A DNA stretch of 64,000 nt from Prevotella sp. (GTDB taxonomy: Bacteria; Bacteroidota; Bacteroidia; Bacteroidales; Bacteroidaceae), in assembly GCA_017478025.1 (NCBI GenBank), contig JAFVGZ010000005.1, forward strand, positions 52,019 to 116,018, written 5' to 3'. A program made the position numbers and the translations under genes. Positions 40,158 through 50,347 of this stretch are shown piece by piece (within the stretch, counting starts at the first letter, position 1; each line of letters starts with the position of its first letter). A model generated the notes under the pieces. The model was not told the DNA's origin, searched no databases, and worked only from the letters and a program-made list of their open reading frames with translations.

Positions 40158-42785
40158 TTATTCTCCTTTACCTTTCAGGATGATTACGTCACCTTTCTTG
40201 GTCGGTATGTCATAGACCTGCGTCTGCGGCAGTTCCAATGTAGGAATCTTTGTCTCATCCACGATTTTTACCGATGAAATGGGGTAATTCTGGGTTAGCG
40301 GGTTAGTATTTCGCCCTGTTGCGGCAGCCATATCATGTCCGCTCACGCATACCAACTCATCAGCGCTGCGCAGGCGCAGATTGCCTCCCAGCCTGCTCTT
40401 GATGCTTACACTCACCAGCTTGCCATCCTTCCAAGTCATCTTCTCAATCTCAAAACCGCCACGTGTCACCAGTCCACGTACTTCACCCGTGCCCCATTCC
40501 TTTGGAACTGCGGGCAGCAGATGTATAGCATCCGTGTAGCTCTGCACCATCATCTCCGCAATACCGGCGCAGCAACCGAAGTTTCCGTCTATCTGGAACG
40601 GCGGATGAGCATCAAACATGTTGGCGTATGTGCCTCCGTTAGGGTCATCGTGCATGCTCACATCAGGGTCCATGAGGCGCAGCTGGTTCTTCATGAGGCG
40701 TAGCGCATGCTCTGCATCCAGCAGTCGTGCCCACAGACACACCTTCCATCCCATTGACCACCCACGTGCTCCGTCACCGCGACCGATGAGTGATTTCTTC
40801 ACGGCCTGAAAGAGCTGGGGCTGTGTCCAGGGCGATATCATGTTGCCGGGAAACATTCCCCACAGGTGCGACACATGTCGGTGAGATGATGTTTCGCGGT
40901 CCCAATCCTCCAACCACTCCTGCAACTGTCCGTATTTTCCTATGCTCATCGGCGGCAACTGGCTTCGCAATGTATCGATGTCGCGGGCAAAATCGGCATC
41001 AACGCCGAGTATTCCAGCGGCTTCTGAAGTGTTTTTCAGCAGGTCATAAATCATCTGATTGTCCATTGTGACACCGTGAAAGATGCCCACAGACTGGTCT
41101 TTGTTCAGCCATTCATCGTGGTATTTTCCCTTTCCAGGGTTATTCTCAGGCGACACAGAAGGGCCCGCCACCATGTATCCGTACTTCGGTTCCTTGTAGA
41201 GAAAGTCCTGATAGAACTCTGCCGCACCCTTCATCACGGGATATGCCTGACTCAAGAAGTCCTTGTCACCAGTGTATAGGTAGTGCTCCCACAGGTGCGA
41301 GCAGTACCAGGCGTTACACGTTGGCCACACGGCGCACGATGCATAATCCACCGCTCCCGTTGCTCTCCAGATATCCGTGTTGTGATGCAACGTCCATCCG
41401 CGGGCTCCATACATCTCCTGCGCGCTCTGCCGGCCCGTCTCGCTCACCTCCTTTATCATCTTCAGGAACGGCTCATGACACTCCGAGAGGTTGCACACCT
41501 CTGCCGGCCAGTAGTTCATCTCCACGTTGATGTTGGATGTATATTTCGAGTCCCATGCGGGATAGAAGCGTGCATCGGGGTTCCAGATACCCTGCAGGTT
41601 TGCCGGCTGTGTGCCGGGCCACGATGAGGAAATCAGCAGATAGCGTCCAAACTGGAAGTACAGAGCTGCCAACGAGGGGTCTTCGCTCTGCCCATATTCA
41701 CGGATGCGGGTCTTTGTGTCCTTTGCTTCCTGCGCTTTGTTGTGTCCTAAGTCTATTGACACACGTCCGAAAAGCGCCTGATATGTCTCCGTATGCCTTT
41801 TCTTTGCATCGTCAAAGTGTGCTGCTATGCCCATCTTGCGGTCACCTTCACTCCATTTCGCAAGCTTGCTCATGGCCTTTGCCTGCGCATCTCCGCTGAT
41901 GTCCTTGTAGTTTATGAAGTTCGTTGCTGATGATATAACAATCGTGACAGCCGTCGCCTTAGCCACATTGACAGTAGGAACATTCTCTGCCGCCGCCACC
42001 AGTTTCGTGCGTTTTACGCTCGTGGTACCGTGAGTTATCTTACCGTCATCCGTCACAACACGGATGAAATTGACCAGATGAAGGCCGTTCTTCACATTCT
42101 CAAACGTATCGTCTGACGGTGCCATAGCAATCTGCAGCGTGTTATCGTCGTAATAAGAGTACCCTGTAACCTTTACAAGGTCATCCTTCACCGGCCCTGC
42201 AAACGCCACTCCTACATTCAGCTTCCCTTTCTTGGATGCCGTGAGGCGTATCACCGTTACATCATCGGCAAAGGACGAGAACACCTGTCGCGTGTATGTC
42301 ACCCCGTCAACGGTGTATGACGTGCCTGCCACAGCCTCCGATATGTCGAGCCACCTGCGGTAATCGGTAGCCTTACCCTTATGCAGAAAGGACAGCAGCA
42401 CGTCGCCAGCGCTCTGGTATTGCGCGCCATGACCCGTCTTGCCGCCCTTCAGGTCTGCTATGACATAACGGAATGCCTTGCGCTGAGCATCTTCCCAACG
42501 CTCATTATTCAGGTCGTCGCGCATCTCCTGAAGGTGCTCACGAGCCTGAGGATTGGTGTTATTGTAGGGGCTGGAGTTCCAAAAAGTGTCTTCGTTTATC
42601 TGTATCGTGTCCTGATTGACGCAACCGGAAACCATCGCTCCAAGGCGACCGTTACCCACAGCGAGGTATTCCTCCCAACAGAATGCGGGCTGCTGATACC
42701 ACAGCTGCAGACCTTTACCAGAAGCAATCGCCTCTGAAATATAAGCACCCAAAAAGCAGATAATCAGAATGAACAGTCTTTTCAT
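40158..42785 (-). CDS. GH95 alpha-L-fucosidase family
   Basis: GNGRLGAM, FQFGRYLLISSS, PANLQGIWN, NINVEMNYW, HRHVSHLW, HPPFQIDGNFG. Confidence 0.92.
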   Translation of the reverse strand: MKRLFILIICFLGAYISEAIASGKGLQLWYQQPAFCWEEYLAVGNGRLGAMVSGCVNQDTIQINEDTFWNSSPYNNTNPQAREHLQEMRDDLNNERWEDAQRKAFRYVIADLKGGKTGHGAQYQSAGDVLLSFLHKGKATDYRRWLDISEAVAGTSYTVDGVTYTRQVFSSFADDVTVIRLTASKKGKLNVGVAFAGPVKDDLVKVTGYSYYDDNTLQIAMAPSDDTFENVKNGLHLVNFIRVVTDDGKITHGTTSVKRTKLVAAAENVPTVNVAKATAVTIVISSATNFINYKDISGDAQAKAMSKLAKWSEGDRKMGIAAHFDDAKKRHTETYQALFGRVSIDLGHNKAQEAKDTKTRIREYGQSEDPSLAALYFQFGRYLLISSSWPGTQPANLQGIWNPDARFYPAWDSKYTSNINVEMNYWPAEVCNLSECHEPFLKMIKEVSETGRQSAQEMYGARGWTLHHNTDIWRATGAVDYASCAVWPTCNAWYCSHLWEHYLYTGDKDFLSQAYPVMKGAAEFYQDFLYKEPKYGYMVAGPSVSPENNPGKGKYHDEWLNKDQSVGIFHGVTMDNQMIYDLLKNTSEAAGILGVDADFARDIDTLRSQLPPMSIGKYGQLQEWLEDWDRETSSHRHVSHLWGMFPGNMISPWTQPQLFQAVKKSLIGRGDGARGWSMGWKVCLWARLLDAEHALRLMKNQLRLMDPDVSMHDDPNGGTYANMFDAHPPFQIDGNFGCCAGIAEMMVQSYTDAIHLLPAVPKEWGTGEVRGLVTRGGFEIEKMTWKDGKLVSVSIKSRLGGNLRLRSADELVCVSGHDMAAATGRNTNPLTQNYPISSVKIVDETKIPTLELPQTQVYDIPTKKGDVIILKGKGE

Positions 42786-42951
42786 ACCAATGCACTATTT
42801 TGATATTTTGCGCGCAAAATTACAAAAAAAACTCCATACACGCGAATATAACATAAAAAAGATACCCCTAAGTGATAAAAATTTTGCGCTTTGATAGTTT
42901 TTTTGTACTTTTGCGACGCATTATTGCGACTTTGCTCTCAACACTAACAAC

Positions 42952-44700
42952 ATGACACACTTACGCAACATCATCACTCTGCTACTGCTGCTCCTCGCTG
43001 GCAGCAGCTACGCACAGTTCTCATCGGCTCCTGCATTCCCCGGTGCTGAAGGTCACGGACGCTACGTCACAGGCGGTCGCGGAGGCAACATCGTCCACGT
43101 CACCAACCTGAACGACTCTGGCACAGGTTCGCTTCGCGCTGCCGTAGAGACCAACAACAAGAACAAAGCCAAGATTATCGTCTTTGACGTGGCTGGCGTG
43201 ATAGCCCTGAACAAGGAGTTACAAATCGGCGACAACACCACGATAGAGGGTCAGACAGCGCCCTATCCCGGTATCACGGTAAGATACTACACCATGCGTC
43301 CCGGCAGCAACGTGATAATACGCTTCATCCGCTTCCGTCGCGGACAGGAGAGAGACGTTGATGATGGTGCCGATGCAACGTGGCAAAGGAACAAGAACGG
43401 ACTGATTTTCGACCACTGTTCCTTCTCCTGGAGCATCGATGAAATCGCCTCTTTTTACGATAATAACAACTTCACCATGCAGTGGTGTACCATCGCAGAA
43501 TCACTCACCAATGCCGGGCACGGCAAGGGCGCACACGGATACGGCGGCATCTGGGGCGGCAAGCTCGCCAGCTTCCACCACAATCTCATCGCTCACGTCA
43601 GCAATCGCGGCCCGCGTTTCAATGGTGCGCGCTATGAGTGGAGCGGATATACGAGCAACAAGGACTACAATACCTACAAGTGGGCCAACTTCTGTCAGGC
43701 TGAGAATGTGGATTTCCGCAACTGTGTGATGTTTAATGCGCAGGGCACATGTTACGGCGGTCCCGGTGGAGGGCAGATTAACATGGTGAACAACTACTTC
43801 AAGGCTGGTCCCTGCGGCAATGGCTATCAGGAGCGCGTAACCCTCGTCACCGTGGCTGCATCAGGCAACTCCAGCGGTCATCCTAATGTTTATGACATGA
43901 CGAGCCGCTATTATATCTCAGGCAATACCACAGAGACAACGACAGGCAAGAAGACGGAGAACCGCGACTGGGCAGGTGTGGATTACGATGCCGGGGTGCA
44001 ATACAAGGGCAATCTGGTCTATTCCAAGGACGCAAAGAACTATTTTGCCGCTGACGTGCCGTCTATCACCATCAACAATGTGCGCTGGGTTCAGATCAAG
44101 ATGGACTCCCCTGCTCCCACAGGCAGCATTATCACCCACAGCGCGGACGTAGCCTACCAGAAAGTGCTGGCATACGCAGGAGCCTCACTCCACCGTGATG
44201 AGGTGGATGCGCGCTACATGGAAGAGACGGCAACGGGCACCGCTACATACGTCGGCTCAGTGACAAAAAAGCCCGGTCTCATCGATGTTGTGGCCGATGT
44301 CAACGGCTATACAGAGAAGACATTTCCCACCGGAGCACACCCCGCTGACTACGACACCGACGGCGACGGAATACCTAACGAATGGGAGATACGCTATGGC
44401 TTGAATCCGAATAGTGCCGCCGATGGTAAGACATACACTCTGGACACCAAGAAGTACTACACCAACCTGGAGGTATATTGCAACAGTCTGGTGGAGGACA
44501 TAATGAAACAAGGAATGGCTGACGGCGACAACAGCTTTGAGGAGTACTGGCCTCAGATTGGAGGCGGCACCGGCATATTCAGCGTGGAGGAGTCCAACGC
44601 TCCCCTCACCCAGCCGGAGACTTACAACATTGCAGGTCAGCGTGTGAACGACAGTTATAAAGGAATAGTAATCATAAACGGAAAGAAAATTGCAAGATAG
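42952..44700 (+). CDS. PL1 pectate lyase with T9SS C-terminal domain
   Basis: PAFPGAEGHG, GGRGG, GSLRAA, DHCSFSWSIDE, HHNLIAH...RGPRF, DTDGDGIPNEWE; C-terminal YNIAGQRV...KGIVIINGKK. Confidence 0.9.
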   Translation: MTHLRNIITLLLLLLAGSSYAQFSSAPAFPGAEGHGRYVTGGRGGNIVHVTNLNDSGTGSLRAAVETNNKNKAKIIVFDVAGVIALNKELQIGDNTTIEGQTAPYPGITVRYYTMRPGSNVIIRFIRFRRGQERDVDDGADATWQRNKNGLIFDHCSFSWSIDEIASFYDNNNFTMQWCTIAESLTNAGHGKGAHGYGGIWGGKLASFHHNLIAHVSNRGPRFNGARYEWSGYTSNKDYNTYKWANFCQAENVDFRNCVMFNAQGTCYGGPGGGQINMVNNYFKAGPCGNGYQERVTLVTVAASGNSSGHPNVYDMTSRYYISGNTTETTTGKKTENRDWAGVDYDAGVQYKGNLVYSKDAKNYFAADVPSITINNVRWVQIKMDSPAPTGSIITHSADVAYQKVLAYAGASLHRDEVDARYMEETATGTATYVGSVTKKPGLIDVVADVNGYTEKTFPTGAHPADYDTDGDGIPNEWEIRYGLNPNSAADGKTYTLDTKKYYTNLEVYCNSLVEDIMKQGMADGDNSFEEYWPQIGGGTGIFSVEESNAPLTQPETYNIAGQRVNDSYKGIVIINGKKIAR

Positions 44701-45715
44701 CCTGATAGGACATACTCTCCCGGAGCTGAAAGAGATCTGCACGTCTCTCGGTATGCCAGCCTTCACTGGCAAGCAGGTGGCGCAGTGGCTCTATACTGGG
44801 CACGTGAGCAGCATCGATGAGATGACAAACATCTCAAAGAAGAACCGCCAGCTGCTGGCAGAACACTACTGTGTGGGCAATATGCCATACGCAGAGGAGT
44901 TGATATCTACTGACGGAACAAAGAAATACCTCTTCCCCGTAGCCTCAGGCAAGAACGTGGAGGCCGTCTATATCCCTGACGGAGAGCGCGCTACGCTGTG
45001 CGTATCATCTCAGGTGGGGTGCAAGATGAACTGCCTCTTCTGCCAGACGGGCAAGCAAGGCTTTGAGGGTTCACTCACCGCTGGTGACATCATAAACCAA
45101 GTTTACTCCCTACCCGACCGTGAACGACTCACGAATATCGTCTTCATGGGTCAGGGAGAACCGATGGACAACCTCGACAACGTGCTCAAGGCCACCGAGA
45201 TACTCACTGCTGACTGGGGCTATGCATGGAGTCCGCGACGCATCACCGTCAGCAGCGTGGGAATAAAGAACAAGCTGCGGCGCTTTCTGAACGAGAGTGA
45301 GTGCCATGTAGCCATATCGCTCCACACACCCATCCACGAGCAACGCATGCAGCTGATGCCCGCAGAGCGTGCCTTCGCCATCAGCGACATCGTAGCCCTG
45401 TTGCACCAATATGACTTCTCGCACCAGCGCAGGCTGTCTTTTGAATATACGGTATTCGACGGTGTCAACGACTCTACCACCCACGCCAAGGAGATTATAA
45501 AGCTGCTGAGAGGGCTGGATTGCCGCATCAACCTCATACGCTTCCACTCCATACCAGACTGCGACCTGCGCCCCGCAGACGAGAAGAAGCTGGAGAGCCT
45601 GCGCGATTATCTGACTGCCCACGGCATATACACCACCATACGCGCCTCACGAGGGCAGGACATCTTCGCAGCCTGCGGACTGCTATCCACGGCAGCAGAC
45701 GGACGTGGGAGATGA
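44690..45715 (+). CDS. rlmN: 23S rRNA/tRNA A2503 C2-methyltransferase (radical SAM)
   Basis: CVSSQVGCKMNCLFC, MGQGEP, RGQDIFAACGLL; TTG start. Confidence 0.95.
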   Translation: MQDSLIGHTLPELKEICTSLGMPAFTGKQVAQWLYTGHVSSIDEMTNISKKNRQLLAEHYCVGNMPYAEELISTDGTKKYLFPVASGKNVEAVYIPDGERATLCVSSQVGCKMNCLFCQTGKQGFEGSLTAGDIINQVYSLPDRERLTNIVFMGQGEPMDNLDNVLKATEILTADWGYAWSPRRITVSSVGIKNKLRRFLNESECHVAISLHTPIHEQRMQLMPAERAFAISDIVALLHQYDFSHQRRLSFEYTVFDGVNDSTTHAKEIIKLLRGLDCRINLIRFHSIPDCDLRPADEKKLESLRDYLTAHGIYTTIRASRGQDIFAACGLLSTAADGRGR

Positions 45716-45808
45716 AGCCCCATCTTACCCCCCAAGGGAAGCCCGTCCAACTCCCACAAGAGGGGGGGAGGAACGCTACGTACAAAAGAATGAGGGACGG
45801 AGGATGAA

Positions 45809-45890
45809 ACGCCCTGCAAGGGCAAAAGCATATAGCCCAGGGCATCGCCCTGGGTATGGATACGGGTAGTAATCACGCCCTGTAGGGGCA
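45809..45890. repeat. REP-like cluster of GC-rich palindromes
   Basis: gccctgcaagggc, cccagggcatcgccctggg, gccctgtaggggc. Confidence 0.65.
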
Positions 45891-45972
45891 GCAGAAACAA
45901 GCAAACCCTCACCTCCCATCCATCAACCATTACAAATAATTATGCATTCTGAATTATGCATTATAAATTAAT

Positions 45973-46929
45973 ATGAATAGTACTGACATTCAAATCGCTC
46001 TTGTGGGTAATGCCCCCAAAGAGCAACATTCGCTACTGAACAGTATGCTCGATGAGGAAGGCCTCACCGACTTGTGCGACATAGTGCTCTACGGAGCTGA
46101 CGGCCAACCCGAGTATGAGGCGCTGCAAGATGCCCTCGATGACTATACCGACGGACAGATACAAGGTATCGTGTGCCTGCCTATGGCGAAGCCCGCAGAG
46201 GAACTCGTGGGCCGCGCATTAGAGAAATCCGGCGAGACATTTGCAGTCTTAGACAACGGCATCATACGCGTTGGCAGCGTGCTGACCGCCAACAATACCG
46301 AGACAGCCAGCAAACAACTCACTTCTGAGGCCATACAGAAACGCGGCAAACAACTGTGGCGCATGCTGAAACGAGACCTTAACGTGCAGAACCCGCGCAT
46401 CGCCGTGCTCTCTGTGGGTGACAACGTGGATGTGACAGACGGCTCAACAGACATCACCGTCATCGCTCCGGCTATAACGGAGATGGTGAAGGAGGGCATA
46501 CATGCCTTCGGACCCGTCAATGCAGCCACATTCTTTGCATCCGAGAAATACAAGGCTTACGATGCCGTGCTGCAGATGTATGGCACGCAATGCACCGAGG
46601 CCTACCGCGCCTTGACCACCGAGTCTGTCATAACTCTCATCGGAGGCACCGAGACACCCATTGCATCAGCCGAAGCCGAGGGGATATACAGGGCACTATG
46701 GGCCGTGATAGACATGAAGCGAAACCGCAAGGAATATGACCTGCCCTTTGCCAATCCGCTGGAGAAACTCTACCACGAGCGCAAGGAGGACGGCGAAAAG
46801 GCACGCTTCGCAGTAAAGAAGAAAGGCTTCAACCCAGCGGAACATCGCAGGGAAAACGTGAAATTTGTAACCAAGAACACCCTGCAACAGGAACAGGAAG
46901 CAAAAAATACAGATACAACCACAAAGTGA
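45973..46929 (+). CDS. PdxA-family protein lacking the catalytic/metal-binding motifs
   Basis: PdxA scaffold (NPRIAVL, IAPAI, GIHAFGP, FF...YDAVL.MY) is present, but the NPHAGE, YHDQG and DHGTA motifs are absent. Confidence 0.7.
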   Translation: MNSTDIQIALVGNAPKEQHSLLNSMLDEEGLTDLCDIVLYGADGQPEYEALQDALDDYTDGQIQGIVCLPMAKPAEELVGRALEKSGETFAVLDNGIIRVGSVLTANNTETASKQLTSEAIQKRGKQLWRMLKRDLNVQNPRIAVLSVGDNVDVTDGSTDITVIAPAITEMVKEGIHAFGPVNAATFFASEKYKAYDAVLQMYGTQCTEAYRALTTESVITLIGGTETPIASAEAEGIYRALWAVIDMKRNRKEYDLPFANPLEKLYHERKEDGEKARFAVKKKGFNPAEHRRENVKFVTKNTLQQEQEAKNTDTTTK

Positions 46930-47189
46930 TAACAGATCTTACGGTTGAAGAAATAGAAGCTTTATAGCATGCGTGCCAATTTGTTTCACGTACAATAGCA
47001 CGGCACATCAAATTGAACACCTTAATTTCAAATGTTAAAAATTGACCCCGGAAAGTGTTAAAATGGCAAACGAAGGGTTTCGGATTCGTCCTCTCTCGTT
47101 GAAAATTTGAAAACGAAATTGCCTCTGATGCGAAATTTGCGATATTTTTGATGTTTGGGATTGAGTTCGGAAGGAAAACGGGGATGCGT

Positions 47190-47500
47190 TTGGAACTGGC
47201 TGATTGTTAAGGTGTTGGAGCTATCAAGCCTCGTTTCGCATGGAGGAAGAGGTGGGTGGATGACGGGAAATTGGTGCTTTTGCGATAGAAAATCGGATAA
47301 TTTTCTACAGGAAACGGACAATTTTGGGGTGTAATAGCAGGTCTTTTGCCATGTAAAAGACCTACCGTTACCTTGTAAAAGACCTACTATTAGGAGGTAA
47401 TAGACCTACTTTAGCATCGGAGCTGACCTACTTTACTCCGATAAAAGTAGGTTAGCGGCGTTGGAAAGGCAGGTTGGCGTCTCTAGAATTCATTTTTTGA
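47190..47500. repeat. Diverged second copy of the 18195-18665 element core, with a 22-bp-period array
   Basis: gacct cores at 47359, 47381, 47403, 47425; flanks aac...ctga...gtgtt, ggaa(a/g)ggca and ctc(c/t)aga(a/t)ttcatttttt shared with 18333-18592. Confidence 0.6.
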
Positions 47501-47593
47501 TGGGGAAAATCGTAAAAATTATAAGCTCGATTTTAACACTTAATTTAACATTTGCCAAACTGTTACCAATATGCCCCAGAGATGGAACGGATG

Positions 47594-47938
47594 TTACACG
47601 TCAAATCCAAGTTCGCGGGCCATCTGCTTGATTACATTCAGCTTAACGGTGGAGGCATCCTCTTTGTCGTAAATTGTGAGGAGTGCTATACGTCCTTCGT
47701 GCTCGGCAACGATGGCGTTGGCTGTGATAACGCGGGCACCGCCAGACTTGCCTCGCCCCTTGGACTTGATGGGCATGCGAATCTTACGGATGCCGGGACA
47801 AAGCTCTGCACCTTGGAAGGGATTTTCTTGAAGGGAATCACGGAAAGCCTTGATGTCCTCTATAAGACTTCGGTATCTCTTGTAAAGACGTTTGAAACTA
47901 TGTTCAAAATCTGGGTGACTCTGAATTGCGTAGCTCAT
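47594..47938 (-). CDS. Type II toxin, RelE/HigB superfamily
   Basis: 114 aa; FKRLYKRYRSL, IRKIRM, GKSGGARVI, LLTIYDK; overlaps the antitoxin stop. Confidence 0.85.
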   Translation of the reverse strand: MSYAIQSHPDFEHSFKRLYKRYRSLIEDIKAFRDSLQENPFQGAELCPGIRKIRMPIKSKGRGKSGGARVITANAIVAEHEGRIALLTIYDKEDASTVKLNVIKQMARELGFDV

Positions 47939-48176
47939 CTAAAAACTCATCTAAAGGTCGGAACTTGTCTGATTTGCCAGTCTCTAAATATTCTTTCCAG
48001 TCCTTCATGCCCCGACAAATCTCTGCTGTCACATCGCGTTTAGGCTCTTCTTCCTCTGCGGGCATTAGTCGGTAACTGCCGCGGCGAGACTTCAGAATCA
48101 CAGCCTCACCACGATCCACCATACCAAAATACTTGGTCTGATTTGCTCGGAAATCTGTTGTACTTACAATAGTCAT
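47904..48176 (-). CDS. Type II antitoxin, Phd/YefM family
   Basis: Start moved to MTIVSTTDFRANQTKYFGMVDRGEAVIL (Phd N-terminus); acidic C-terminus; own TACCTTTG promoter at 48204-48211. Confidence 0.8.
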   Translation of the reverse strand: MTIVSTTDFRANQTKYFGMVDRGEAVILKSRRGSYRLMPAEEEEPKRDVTAEICRGMKDWKEYLETGKSDKFRPLDEFLDELRNSESPRF

Positions 48177-48308
48177 ATTACTCAGAATTAATGTCTCACG
48201 CCGCAAAGGTACGAAAAAAAAGCGGATTATAATGGTTTCCATGCAGTTTTCTTGCAAAAAATTTGCACAGATAGAAAATTATGAGTAATTTTGCACCTGC
48301 GTTCAGTG

Positions 48309-48343
48309 GAATGAGGGGCTCACACAGAGCCTCTCATTCTTTT
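48309..48343 (+). promoter_or_regulatory. Leader hairpin/attenuator upstream of rimP-nusA-infB
   Basis: gaatgaggggctc-acaca-gagcctctcattc-tttt, just downstream of TAATTTTG (48286). Confidence 0.55.
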
Positions 48344-48435
48344 ATTACAGGCAGGATGCCGGATGGTTACGGCCAAAGCCTTTAAGAATAAAAGTATCAC
48401 GGTGGGCGTAAACAGAACCCACTATAAACAAGATT

Positions 48436-48903
48436 ATGATAGAGAAGAAAATTGTAGAGAGTTTAGTAGAAGAGTGGCTCACGGACAAGGACTATTTCCT
48501 TGTTGACGTGGAGGTAACCCCTGATGACCGCATCGTTGTAGAGATAGACCACGCCGAGGGCGTGTGGATTGATGACTGCGTGTCGTTGAGCAGGTTCATT
48601 GAGGATCATCTGGACCGCGATGAAGAGGACTATGAACTGGAGGTCGGCTCTGCCGGCATCGGCCAGCCCTTCAAGGTGGAGCAGCAATATATCAACAACA
48701 TAGGCAAGCAGGTGGAAGTCCTTGCTGCCGACGGTAAGAAGTATAAGGGTGAGCTGACCGCCGTTGACGGCCGCAACTTTACCCTGAAGACGCAGGAGAA
48801 GCAGACCGTGGAAGGCAAGAAGCGCCCCGTGTTGGTGGATGTGGATAAGACATTCTCTATGGACGAGGTGAAGTATTGCAAGTACGTGATAGAGTTTAAG
48901 TAA
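48436..48903 (+). CDS. rimP: Ribosome maturation factor RimP
   Basis: IDDCVSLSR, YELEVGSAGI; first gene before nusA. Confidence 0.95.
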   Translation: MIEKKIVESLVEEWLTDKDYFLVDVEVTPDDRIVVEIDHAEGVWIDDCVSLSRFIEDHLDRDEEDYELEVGSAGIGQPFKVEQQYINNIGKQVEVLAADGKKYKGELTAVDGRNFTLKTQEKQTVEGKKRPVLVDVDKTFSMDEVKYCKYVIEFK

Positions 48904-49075
48904 TTCATAATGCATAATTCATAATGCATAATTGCCCCTTGGAAGAGGGGTGACAGAAGAGAGTAGCCCCACCCTGGCTCTCCCCTGAGGGAGGGAGAGT
49001 GAGATGAGAGGAGAGCGGAGGGAGGAGTGATGAAAAGGAAAAAGGAATAAAAAGAAATAAAAACAATAAATACTT

Positions 49076-50347
49076 ATGGCTAAATCAACCACACAGCAAC
49101 CAAGCATGATAGAAACGTTCCGCGAGTTTAAGGAGACGAAGAATATCGATCGTACTACGCTCGTCAGCGTGCTCGAGGAGAGTTTCCGTAATGTTATTGC
49201 CAAGATCTTTGGTAGTGACGCTAACTTTGACGTTATCGTAAACCCCGACAAGGGTGACTTTGAAATCTATCGCAACCGCGTAGTGGTGCCCGACGGTGAG
49301 GTGAGTGACGAGAACAAGGAGATCGCCCTCTCTGACGCACAGAAGATACAGGACGACTATGAGGTAGGCGAGGACGTGTCAGAGCGCGTGGACTTTGCGA
49401 AGTTCGGTCGCCGCGCTATCCTCAATCTGCGCCAGACTCTGGCATCCAAGATACTGGAGTTGGAGCACGATACGCTATATAATAAATATAAGGATCGCGT
49501 GGGCGAGATAGTCAGCGGCGAGGTATATCAGATATGGAAGCGCGAGGTGCTGGTGATAGACGACGAGGGCAACGAGCTGCTGCTGCCTAAGTCTGAGCAG
49601 ATACCGAGCGATAACTATCGCAAGAACGAGACCATCAAGGCCGTCATAGCACGTGTGACCAACGAGAACAACAACCCGAAGATTATCCTCTCGCGCACGT
49701 CAAACCTCTTCCTGCAGCGCCTGCTGGAGGCTGAGGTGCCTGAGATTGCCGAGGGTCTGGTGGCCATCCGCAAGATAGCACGAATGCCTGGCGAGCGTGC
49801 AAAGATAGCCGTAGAGAGCTTTGACGACCGCATAGACCCGGTAGGAGCCTGCGTGGGCGTGAAGGGAAGCCGCGTGCACGGCATCGTAAGAGAGCTGTGC
49901 AACGAGAACCTGGACGTCATAAACTACACCCAGAACATCAAGCTCTTCATACAGCGCGCACTCGCTCCGGCACAGATCAGCAGCATCGTGATAGACGAAG
50001 AGAACCGCCATGCCGACGTGTCGCTGAGACCAGAGGAGGTGTCACTCGCCATCGGACGCAGCGGACAGAATATCAAACTCGCTTCAATGCTTACTGAATA
50101 TACCATCGATGTATTCCGCGACGTGCAGCAGGATAGCCTGGACAACGAGGATGAGGAGGATATCTACCTCGACGAGTTCAACGATGAGATAGACCAGTGG
50201 GTCATCGACGCCATCAAGGCTATGGGCCTGGAGACAGCCCGCCAGGTGCTTGACGCTCCGCGCGATATGCTTATCGCCAAGGCAGACCTTGAGGAGGAGA
50301 CCGTTGACCACTTGCTTGAGGTGCTGCGCGCCGAGTTTGCAAAGTAA
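49076..50347 (+). CDS. nusA: Transcription termination/antitermination factor NusA
   Basis: FGRRA, S1 domain, EVPEI, ARMPGERAKIAV, DPVGACVGVKGSR, SLAIGRSGQN. Confidence 0.97.
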   Translation: MAKSTTQQPSMIETFREFKETKNIDRTTLVSVLEESFRNVIAKIFGSDANFDVIVNPDKGDFEIYRNRVVVPDGEVSDENKEIALSDAQKIQDDYEVGEDVSERVDFAKFGRRAILNLRQTLASKILELEHDTLYNKYKDRVGEIVSGEVYQIWKREVLVIDDEGNELLLPKSEQIPSDNYRKNETIKAVIARVTNENNNPKIILSRTSNLFLQRLLEAEVPEIAEGLVAIRKIARMPGERAKIAVESFDDRIDPVGACVGVKGSRVHGIVRELCNENLDVINYTQNIKLFIQRALAPAQISSIVIDEENRHADVSLRPEEVSLAIGRSGQNIKLASMLTEYTIDVFRDVQQDSLDNEDEEDIYLDEFNDEIDQWVIDAIKAMGLETARQVLDAPRDMLIAKADLEEETVDHLLEVLRAEFAK

